Origin: Candidatus Latescibacterota bacterium
GTDB lineage: Bacteria > Latescibacterota > UBA2968 > GCA-2709665
Reading direction: 5' to 3'
Assembly: GCA_965205485.1 (NCBI GenBank)
Contig: OZ242180.1
Coordinates: forward strand, 4,096,001 to 4,160,000
DNA length: 64,000 bases
Shown here in pieces: positions 56,316 to 64,000 of the stretch. How positions within the stretch are numbered: position 1 is the first letter of the stretch; every line of letters starts with the position of its first letter. The position numbers were made by a program, and so were the translations under genes. The notes under the pieces are model-generated. The model ran no database searches, was not told the DNA's origin, and saw only the letters and a list, made by a program, of their open reading frames with translations.

Positions 56316-59179
56316 ACGTCCTCTTCGAGCGCGACCGCTTCCCACAGAATCTGAATCGGGTGGCGCGCGATCCTTCCCGTGGCATGGTGAATCTGTTGTC
56401 TGCACGACAGCCCGGCGGCGGCGATTTCGGTATCCGGCCCCGCCTGCCGGACGACCTTCAGGAGCCGGTCCTCGCCCATCTTCAGGGAAACGTCGTAGTG
56501 TTCCGCCTGATAGCCGAATGCGCCGGCCATGCCGCAGCAGGCCGAGTCGATGGCCGATGCAGAGTATCCGGGCGGTAGATTCAACACCTCGAGAGAGGGA
56601 GCGACACTCCAAAGCGCCTTCTGATGGCAATGTCCGTGGACGAGTATCTCCTTCTTCATGTCCGAAAAGGCCACCCGCAACTCGCCGCGTTCCGCCAGCA
56701 TGCTCAGATAGGTCTCCAATGTATAGCACCGTTCGGAAACCTCCCTGACACGGGTATCCGTATTGAGCTCGGGGTAGTCGTCCGTCAACATGGAAACGCA
56801 ACTGGGTTCGAAGCCCACGATATCGTACCCCTGCGCAACGTACGCATGCAGATGCCGCGTATTGAATGCCAGATTCTCCTTAACCTGCTCCATCATGCCG
56901 CTCGACAGGAGCGGCCGGCCGCAGCACCGCTTCTCAGGAAGGATGACTTCATACCCCGCGGCCTCGAGAAAGCGTGTGGCCGAAATACCGATATCGGGCT
57001 CATTGAAGGTAAGGTAGGTGTCATTGAAAAGTACCACCTTGCGCTCACGCGGCCGCTTCTCGCGTCGGGCGAACCAGTCGGTGAACGTCTGCCGTGCGAA
57101 CCGGGGCAATGCCCTTTTCGACGCGATGCCAAGGAAACCCATTCCCATCCTCGCGAGCCCGGTACCGGCGAACCAGTTCGAAAGCGGCGCCAGCGCGCAT
57201 CCGACGCGGTTCAGGGTCTCGATATTGCCGAACAACCACTCCCGCAGCGGTCTTCCGTGCTTGCCGTAGTAGTGTGCGAGAAATTCATATTTGATCTTGG
57301 CCATGTCCACGTTTGACGGGCACTCGGACTTGCACGCTTTACACTCCAGGCACAGGTCCAGGATCTCGTAGACCCGCTCGTCGGCCAGCCCGCCCTCGAG
57401 TCCGCCGGATATGGCGGCCCGGAGCGCGTTTGCTCTTCCGCGGGTTGAATGGGCCTCGTCGAGCGTCGCCATGTACGAAGGACACATCGTCCCGTGAAGC
57501 TTCTTTCTGCACGCGCCGACGCCGTTGCACATCTCCACAGCGCGATGGAATCCTCCGTCGGCCGAGAAATCGAAGTGGGTGCGCGGCTCCTGAGCCCTGT
57601 ACGCGGGACCGAACCGCAGGTTTTCCGTCATCATGGGCGCGTCAACGATCTTTCCCGGATTCATCAACCCCAGCGGGTCGAACGCGCGTTTGATTTCCCG
57701 AAACGCATTGTACAGCGTGGAACCGAATACCCGTTCATTCCAGCAGCTTCGTGCCAGGCCGTCACCGTGCTCGCCGCTCATCGCTCCGCCGTATCTCAGC
57801 ACCAGTTCCCTTACGGCCTCCGCGATCCCCCGCATTTTCGCCACGCCCGCCGCGGTCTTCAGGTTCACCATCGGACGGATGTGGAGCAGGCCCACGCTGG
57901 CATGCGCGTAGTAGCCGGCCGTGGTATCGTACTCTCGCACGATGCGCTCGAAGTCGCCGATATAATCGGGCAGCTTTTCCGGCGACACGGCGGAATCCTC
58001 GACGAATGCCACCGGTTTCGCATCCCCTTTGACCCCCATCAGCAATCCCAGGCCTGATTTGCGCACGTTCCAGACATCAGCCTGTTCCCCGGCCGACACG
58101 GCCCGTCGAAAGCCATAGCCCAGACCGTGCTTCGACATAGCGGCGTCAAGCGCGTCAAGCCGCGGCGTCAACACCTCGGGCGAATCTCCGAAATATTCCA
58201 CGATAAGCACCGCCCTTGGGTCTCCTTCAACCCATCCCCGCTGCCTGGACAGTGCGATCGATCCACGGGTCTGCTCCAGAATCATGCGATCCACCAGTTC
58301 CACCGCCGCCGGTCCGGTTTCGAGGATGGGTGAGACGGCCGCCATCGACTCGATCAGGTCCTCGAATTGCACGACGCCCAACACCCGGGCGCGAGGAAGC
58401 GGGACTACGCGCAGCCTGGCTTCCAGCACGGTGGCGAGGGTGCCCTCGGATCCAACGACCATACGGCACATATTGAACGGCTGCGGCTTCGTGAATTCAT
58501 CGAGATTGTAACCACCCACGCGACGCAGGATCTTCGGGTACCGGCGATCGATTTCGGACCGATGGATCCGTGCGAGCCTCCGGACCTCCCGGTACGTCTC
58601 GCCTTCGAGGTCCGTCTGTGCCGCCTTCCCGACGACTTCCTCTTCGGACAATTCCCTCAACAGGGTTTCCGTACCGTCCGCGAGAGCCACCTCAAGCTCG
58701 AGAACGTGGTCGATGGTCTTCCCGTAGATCACCGAATGCGCCCCCGCCGAATTGTTGCCGATCATACCTCCAATCGTCGCGCGACTGCTCGTGGCCACGT
58801 CCGGGGCGAATTGCAGACCGTATGGCTTCAGGTACGAATTCAATTCGTCCAGAACCACGCCGGGCTGTACCCGAACCCATCCCTCTTCCTCGTTCAATTC
58901 CAGAATCTGGTTCATGAATTTGGACAAATCCATAATCACGCCGGGGCCGACGCACTGTCCTGCAAGCGCCGTCCCGCCGCCGCGCGGCAAAACGGGTACT
59001 CCGAATTCCCTGGCAAGTCGAAGGACTCGCAGGACGTCCTGCCGGTGCCTGGGCAGAACCACCCCCAACGGTTCGATCTGATACATGCTCGCATCGGTGC
59101 TGTACAGTATCCGCGAGGCCTTGTCGAACCGCACCTCGCCGGACAGTTCCCGTTCGAGCGCCGATAGCAGGGCTTTCAT
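56312..59179 (-). CDS. FAD-linked oxidase / Fe-S oxidoreductase (YdiJ, GlcD-GlcF fusion family)
   Basis: YSTDAS, PRGGGTALAGQ, GSEGTL, GEHGDG, CNGVGAC, CLECKACKSECP, CCG domains. Confidence 0.92.
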   Translation of the reverse strand: MKALLSALERELSGEVRFDKASRILYSTDASMYQIEPLGVVLPRHRQDVLRVLRLAREFGVPVLPRGGGTALAGQCVGPGVIMDLSKFMNQILELNEEEGWVRVQPGVVLDELNSYLKPYGLQFAPDVATSSRATIGGMIGNNSAGAHSVIYGKTIDHVLELEVALADGTETLLRELSEEEVVGKAAQTDLEGETYREVRRLARIHRSEIDRRYPKILRRVGGYNLDEFTKPQPFNMCRMVVGSEGTLATVLEARLRVVPLPRARVLGVVQFEDLIESMAAVSPILETGPAAVELVDRMILEQTRGSIALSRQRGWVEGDPRAVLIVEYFGDSPEVLTPRLDALDAAMSKHGLGYGFRRAVSAGEQADVWNVRKSGLGLLMGVKGDAKPVAFVEDSAVSPEKLPDYIGDFERIVREYDTTAGYYAHASVGLLHIRPMVNLKTAAGVAKMRGIAEAVRELVLRYGGAMSGEHGDGLARSCWNERVFGSTLYNAFREIKRAFDPLGLMNPGKIVDAPMMTENLRFGPAYRAQEPRTHFDFSADGGFHRAVEMCNGVGACRKKLHGTMCPSYMATLDEAHSTRGRANALRAAISGGLEGGLADERVYEILDLCLECKACKSECPSNVDMAKIKYEFLAHYYGKHGRPLREWLFGNIETLNRVGCALAPLSNWFAGTGLARMGMGFLGIASKRALPRFARQTFTDWFARREKRPRERKVVLFNDTYLTFNEPDIGISATRFLEAAGYEVILPEKRCCGRPLLSSGMMEQVKENLAFNTRHLHAYVAQGYDIVGFEPSCVSMLTDDYPELNTDTRVREVSERCYTLETYLSMLAERGELRVAFSDMKKEILVHGHCHQKALWSVAPSLEVLNLPPGYSASAIDSACCGMAGAFGYQAEHYDVSLKMGEDRLLKVVRQAGPDTEIAAAGLSCRQQIHHATGRIARHPIQILWEAVALEEDV

Positions 59180-59299
59180 CAAATCCCCCTTGCGTCGTCC
59201 TGTGCCGCCTGATCTGAAACACTCATCTGCGCCGGTTTGAAGCCGATCCCGTCCGCGGAACCATTCGCTTGGCGGCCATACCGGCGCGGACAAGGCGAT

Positions 59300-59328
59300 A
59301 ATGTAACCCATGCCGGCGGATACGTCAA
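59300..59328 (-). promoter_or_regulatory. Sigma-70-type promoter (leftward)
   Basis: TTGACG-17 nt-TACATT. Confidence 0.6.
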
Positions 59329-59367
59329 GATCCAAGGCCCGGAAAGGCGGGCATGCTACGAAATGGC

Positions 59368-59396
59368 TTGACGCCCCCGGCAAATTGCGCTATCAA
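59368..59396 (+). promoter_or_regulatory. Sigma-70-type promoter (rightward)
   Basis: TTGACG-17 nt-TATCAA. Confidence 0.5.
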
Positions 59397-59437
59397 TGGA
59401 ACACGTACTCACCTGAATCGCAACACGGGGGCTGATC

Positions 59438-60673
59438 GTGCTGGAAACCGGTTTTGGCACGCAGGACTTCACGCCAGAACAACCGTCAGACGGGTCATTC
59501 CGGGTATACGATCCGATCTCGTTCCGCGCGCTGATCCTTCGGAAGGGGGATACCAACCTCACCTTCCTGGCCGGAGACTGCTTCAGTATCGAAGAAGATC
59601 TCATGGCCCGCGTGAGGGAACGGGTGATGGACATCGCCTGGCTGAATCCCCGTCACATCCTCCCCTGCGCATCCCACGTCGGCACCACGCCCATCCTCTT
59701 TCAATCCTATGTAAGCATTCCCTGCGAAGCGCTCAAATATTACGGCCGGGAGGACTATTTCGCGGACAATATGGCGGCCGCCATCCGTGCGGCCGCCGAT
59801 GCGATGGCGCCGTCCCGGCTGGGCATTGGCGCCGGTTCCGCTCCCAACATACTTTATAACCGGCGTTCATACGACCGGGACGGCAAACTGGTCATGAGCA
59901 ACTTCAAATTCCCCTACCCCCGTCCCGAACTCACCTACGCCGAAGTGGACGACAACGTCTACGTCATCCGAATTGACGATACGGAGGGCAATCCGACACA
60001 CTGCGCAATCGTATTCGGCTGCCATGCCCTTTGCAGCACGGACAAATACGGGCATATTTCCGCTGATTATCCGGGCGTCGTCCGCAAGGTGGTGGAATCA
60101 GCGGGAGTCAATGCGCTGTTTCTTCCCGGCAGTATCGGAAACGTGGTACCGGTAAGCCGCGCCGGTCGTACCTACAGGCGCGTGGGGAACAGCGTCGGAG
60201 GCGCGGCGCTCTATGCGCTGGAACAGGCGGGGATGAACGGCTCGGGCGACCTGCACGTCACGCAGAAGACCGTTCAGGTGCCTACGTTTGCGCACGAGGA
60301 TCCCGATGCCGTCGAGGCCGAGCTTGCAGCATCGCCGAACCGGTCGGACGGACACCAGCGATTTCAGGCCTACGGCAGCCGGCATTATGCAACCGGCAGG
60401 CGGTTTCTGGACTATACGATTACGCGGGTCTCCGTGTCCGGTTTCAATATTGTGCATCTGCCGGGTGAAATCTTCGTCGAGACCGCGTCCGCAATCAGGT
60501 CGGCGGCGCGAGGCGCGCTCACCGTCGTCCTGTCGGGTCCAACCGCCGACGTCGGTTACCTGAGCACCTCCCGGGCCCACCGGGAAGGGGGCATGGAACC
60601 CAGATATGCCGGGCTTGCGGTGGACGGCGAGAAGCGGGTCCGTGCCGCCGCGTGCGAACTCGTGACCGGTTGA
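59438..60673 (+). CDS. Neutral/alkaline ceramidase-like amidohydrolase superfamily protein
   Basis: DFTP, VYDPISFRAL, ASH, YNRR, FGCH, ISADYPG, LPGEIF. Confidence 0.65.
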   Translation: MLETGFGTQDFTPEQPSDGSFRVYDPISFRALILRKGDTNLTFLAGDCFSIEEDLMARVRERVMDIAWLNPRHILPCASHVGTTPILFQSYVSIPCEALKYYGREDYFADNMAAAIRAAADAMAPSRLGIGAGSAPNILYNRRSYDRDGKLVMSNFKFPYPRPELTYAEVDDNVYVIRIDDTEGNPTHCAIVFGCHALCSTDKYGHISADYPGVVRKVVESAGVNALFLPGSIGNVVPVSRAGRTYRRVGNSVGGAALYALEQAGMNGSGDLHVTQKTVQVPTFAHEDPDAVEAELAASPNRSDGHQRFQAYGSRHYATGRRFLDYTITRVSVSGFNIVHLPGEIFVETASAIRSAARGALTVVLSGPTADVGYLSTSRAHREGGMEPRYAGLAVDGEKRVRAAACELVTG

Positions 60674-60754
60674 ATCTCTCCTGCGGGTGCGGCCGGTTCC
60701 CATTAACATGGCCGGAAATGCAGGGAAGATCCCGGTCCGCTCGTTGGAGAACCC

Positions 60755-62002
60755 ATGCCGAATGTGATTTCTGCAGACCGGTTGGCGGTGAACGGAGGCA
60801 CTCCCGTACGCGATCGGCTTACGAATCCGTGGCCTTCCTGGCCCGTCAACACCGAGTCAGAGTGGAAACGGGAAATCGAGCCGGCGCTTCGGGAAGTCTA
60901 CCTCGAGAAGACAGAGGGGATTCCGGCAAGCAGGAGCGACCGGTTCGGTAACGCGTTCGCGGCCTATTGCGGCGCCCGATACGGCCTGATGATGCCGCAC
61001 GGTACCGACGCGATTTCCGCATCCATAGCCGGAGCGCTCGATCTCGACGGCCTCCGGGAAGGCGGGGAAATCATCATTCCGAACTATACCTTTATCGCTA
61101 CGGCCAGCGCTGCCCTGTCGGTGCGCTGCAGGCTGGCGCTGGTGGATATCGACCCGGTGAGCTTTACGCTCGACCCGAATGCGGTTCAGACGGCCATAAC
61201 CGATCGGACAGTCGGCATTCTTCCCGTGCATATGGGGGGGCACCCCGCCGATATGGATGCCCTGAACGCCATTGCCGAGAAACATGGCCTGGTGGTCGTT
61301 GAAGATGCCGCTCAGGCCCACGGCGCCGAACACAACGGGCGGAAGGTCGGCCCGCTCGGAGACGTTGGGGCCTACAGCTTTCAATCGAGCAAGAACCTGA
61401 CAGCCGGCGAAGGGGGCTGTCTCGTCACCGACGATCCGCACATCTACGAACGGGCGTGCGCGTTCAGGGACGTCGGCAGGCGCCCCGGCGGCGAACGGTG
61501 GGAATACCCCCGGCACGGATGGAACTACAGGACGTCCGAATACCTCGCGTGCCTCCTTCTGGTCAGGCTCAGGAGCCTTCAGCTTCAGACCGAGGTTCGA
61601 AGCAGCAACGCGGCCTATCTGACCGGGGAACTGCGAAGAATCGGCGGCGTCACCCCGCCCGCGACGCGGCCCTGGGTCACACGGCACGGATACCATCTCT
61701 ACATGGCGCGCTACGACCCGGAGCAATTCGGCGGTCGAAGCCGAGACGAATTCGTCACGGCCCTGACCGCGGAAGGCATCGACTGCACCCCGGGTTACCG
61801 GCGACCGCTCACGGACGAGGGCGCCCTGAAGAGCGTCTCGCACGAATATCCCGATTACGTCCGCAGGCTGCCGTGTCCGAACGCGGAATCCGTGTGCAGG
61901 CACAGCGTATGGTTCTATCAGTCCATGCTCCTGGGCGCCCGGGATGACCTGGACGACATTGTGGAGGCCGTGGACAAGATCAAGCTTGCGTTTACCCGCT
62001 GA
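60755..62002 (+). CDS. DegT/DnrJ/EryC1/StrS PLP aminotransferase (AHBA synthase-like)
   Basis: YTFIAT, EDAAQAHG, SFQSSKNLTAGEGG, GWNYR. Confidence 0.92.
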   Translation: MPNVISADRLAVNGGTPVRDRLTNPWPSWPVNTESEWKREIEPALREVYLEKTEGIPASRSDRFGNAFAAYCGARYGLMMPHGTDAISASIAGALDLDGLREGGEIIIPNYTFIATASAALSVRCRLALVDIDPVSFTLDPNAVQTAITDRTVGILPVHMGGHPADMDALNAIAEKHGLVVVEDAAQAHGAEHNGRKVGPLGDVGAYSFQSSKNLTAGEGGCLVTDDPHIYERACAFRDVGRRPGGERWEYPRHGWNYRTSEYLACLLLVRLRSLQLQTEVRSSNAAYLTGELRRIGGVTPPATRPWVTRHGYHLYMARYDPEQFGGRSRDEFVTALTAEGIDCTPGYRRPLTDEGALKSVSHEYPDYVRRLPCPNAESVCRHSVWFYQSMLLGARDDLDDIVEAVDKIKLAFTR

Positions 62003-62135
62003 CTCCCTGCGTTGCAGACGACCCTGTTGCCTGCCACCTTCGTCGATTACCTTTCGGTGGACGTCATTCCGTCCGAATCCGGTGGATGAACCCGGCAGGC
62101 GACGCACGTTTCTCGATGCCGGCGGGCAATAAACC

Positions 62136-62164
62136 GGGGTCGCCCCCTCGAGCGGGGCGACCCC
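62136..62164. repeat. GC-rich inverted repeat between convergent genes
   Basis: Perfect 11-bp stem GGGGTCGCCCC/GGGGCGACCCC without a U tract. Confidence 0.55.
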
Positions 62165-62201
62165 AACGTACCTCCTGAGACCGCAAGCGGGCTGTCGACC
62201 G

Positions 62202-63260
62202 TCAAGCCAGCTCACCGCCGCAGCTGCTTCCCGCACCGGCAGTACAACCGTAACAGTGTTCGGCGATTCGGATCCGTCTGTCGACCAACCACGCCGGCGA
62301 CACCTCCCACAGCTTTTTCGGCCGGCCGGACAGATGCATGTCCAGCATCTGATTGAAGTCGCAGTCGTAGATATTGCCTTCCCAGTCTACGCTCACGAGA
62401 AAACGACACATCAGGCGATCGATCGTCTGCGCGTTGAACCGGTCCCGCAACGTCCGTGTGTATCCGTCGTACTCCCCGCGGCGCCGCAGATAGTCGTTGA
62501 ACCGGCTGATCGGCATGTTTGTGATCGTAAAGAGCCGATTGAACGAAATACCATAGCGCTCGCCGAGAACCCGTTTGTAATCGGCCTCGAGTTCGGCCTG
62601 CGGCGGCGGGAGCGATGCTCCGACCGGATTGTATACGAGGTGAAGCAACAGGCCCGAATCCGGCTTTCCGTATCCGACAGCATTCAGCCGTTTGAGCGCC
62701 TCGATGCTGTCGAAGAATACGCCCTTTCCACGCTGCTGATCGACGTTTTCCTCGAGATAACACGGCAGTGAACAGACCAGTTCCACCTCGTGCTCGCGGT
62801 AGAAGTCAGGCAGGTCTTCCAGGCCCTGCTCAAATATCACGGTCAGGTTGCACCGTACCATCACGCTGCGGCCAAGACGCCGGATCTGTTTCACCAGATA
62901 CCTGAAGTCGGGATTCACCTCAGGCGCGCCCCCGGTGATATCCACCAGGGGAATATCCGTGGCGGCGAGAAACGTCAAAATGGACCGCATCGTTTCCCGG
63001 GTCATCACCTCCGTCCGGTGGGGACCGGCATCGACGTGACAGTGCCTGCATGCCTGGTTGCACAGTTTCCCGACATTGATCTGAAGTGTCTCCAAAGCCT
63101 CACGCCGCAGAACGACGCGCTCCCGCCGCAGACGCGCCCCGAATGACAACGGTTCGACGGGCGCTTCACCCTGAAATCGGGGCTGAATCGCAAGCAGATC
63201 CGACGGCCCTCCCATGGGCTTCTCCTTTGCGTAAACGACAGACGGACGGGGTTCCTTCAT
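62202..63260 (-). CDS. arsS: Radical SAM/Cys-rich protein, ArsS (arsenosugar biosynthesis) family
   Basis: LQINVGKLCNQACRHCHV, DITGGAPE, SLPCY, YDCDFNQ, HCYGCTAGAGSSCGG. Confidence 0.85.
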   Translation of the reverse strand: MKEPRPSVVYAKEKPMGGPSDLLAIQPRFQGEAPVEPLSFGARLRRERVVLRREALETLQINVGKLCNQACRHCHVDAGPHRTEVMTRETMRSILTFLAATDIPLVDITGGAPEVNPDFRYLVKQIRRLGRSVMVRCNLTVIFEQGLEDLPDFYREHEVELVCSLPCYLEENVDQQRGKGVFFDSIEALKRLNAVGYGKPDSGLLLHLVYNPVGASLPPPQAELEADYKRVLGERYGISFNRLFTITNMPISRFNDYLRRRGEYDGYTRTLRDRFNAQTIDRLMCRFLVSVDWEGNIYDCDFNQMLDMHLSGRPKKLWEVSPAWLVDRRIRIAEHCYGCTAGAGSSCGGELA

Positions 63261-63348
63261 TCAGGCAGTGGTACCCGTCGGACGGCCCGTCACGGCGCAA
63301 TTGCCGAAGACCCGGCTACGGGCGCCGTTTTGCGGGACTTTTGCCGGG

Positions 63349-64000
63349 TTAACGGACTGCATCCTGGTGCTGCGCCCGGTCGTTGAGCGTCCAATCGTAC
63401 GGAAGGTATCTGATGGTGATCTGAGGATGTGAGCGAAGATATGCACGATCTTCCTCGTCGAGATGGATATTCAGATAGTCAGTAATGCGAACGTTATCGA
63501 CCCGATATGCGCGCTTATACCAGTCGGTGAAATCACTCCCGAACCAATCTAGAATCTTCGAGAGTACAAGTGTCCCGGTCTTCCGGTCCACCCTGACGTG
63601 CTGCGGATTGCGTATAAATTCCCGAACAGCGGCGTCCAGCTGCTTCTCCAGCCGATCTGGAAGATAGACTTCCGGACGCAGCCTCGGGCAGGACGCCGCA
63701 GCGCAGTTCAGCGCGGCGTGGATTCGGGGATCGCCGAACTCCTTGCGTATAATCTTGTGCTCGATGTCGTCAAGCGATCTGGATTTGCCGCCGACAACGT
63801 GGAAGACCTTGAAGAATCCCGGTTGCGGATGGATGTTCATCACGCTCGTCGCGGGATACGCATTGACCACCCCGGCGATGACAAGCGCGTTGTAAGCGTT
63901 GATCCAATAGGCCAGCCTGTCTTCCCGCTCGGGGAACATGGAAGGGTGGCTCTCCGGGCTTGCTTCCCGCAGACGCGCCAGGATCATCCGGAGGTCGGCG
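63349..64000 (-). CDS. DUF547 domain protein (5'-partial)
   Basis: LAYWINAYNA, SLDDIEH, DPRIHAALNCAAASCP, LSKILDWF, YDWTLN. Confidence 0.88.
   Translation of the reverse strand, partial: ADLRMILARLREASPESHPSMFPEREDRLAYWINAYNALVIAGVVNAYPATSVMNIHPQPGFFKVFHVVGGKSRSLDDIEHKIIRKEFGDPRIHAALNCAAASCPRLRPEVYLPDRLEKQLDAAVREFIRNPQHVRVDRKTGTLVLSKILDWFGSDFTDWYKRAYRVDNVRITDYLNIHLDEEDRAYLRSHPQITIRYLPYDWTLNDRAQHQDAVR

Noticed and set aside
1..64000. CRISPR arrays, rRNA, prophage or transposase genes
   Set aside because: No regularly spaced repeats or diagnostic motifs seen; the repeats in 37235-41605 are protein-domain repeats.

Overview
GC-rich bacterial chromosome segment with most genes on the minus strand. 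A PNPFN/FlgD-type sorting domain and the lpt genes suggest a diderm FCB-group organism such as Latescibacterota (inference). (1) <1-13626 is the standout: a hybrid transporter operon with a free ABC ATPase, an ABC-2 permease fused to an apparently inactive M1-peptidase-like and golvesin-like periplasmic region, a lipoprotein MFP, a stand-alone RND permease, and a second RND permease fused in frame to extra TM helices and a second ABC ATPase. This last ORF is absent from the ORF track because it runs off the window edge. (2) 13944-31563 holds a methyl/C1 catabolic region: RidA-like protein, FAD amine oxidoreductase, frameshifted ThDP enzyme, BHMT, DMFase-like hydrolase, two SDRs and an HMT-methyltransferase fusion, downstream of a selenocysteine formate dehydrogenase operon. 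(3) Three copies of a ~190-210 bp MITE with a TTA target, each just upstream of a start codon. (4) A secreted protein with five lamin-tail domains behind a sigma-54 promoter and IHF site. (5) Housekeeping genes: ruvX-mltG-pcrA, gatC, pyrG-lptC-lptA-like-lptB-rpoN, apt, acyP, tRNA-Arg. (6) arsS-like and DUF547 genes at the right end. All calls come from reading motifs by eye; no database searches were run.
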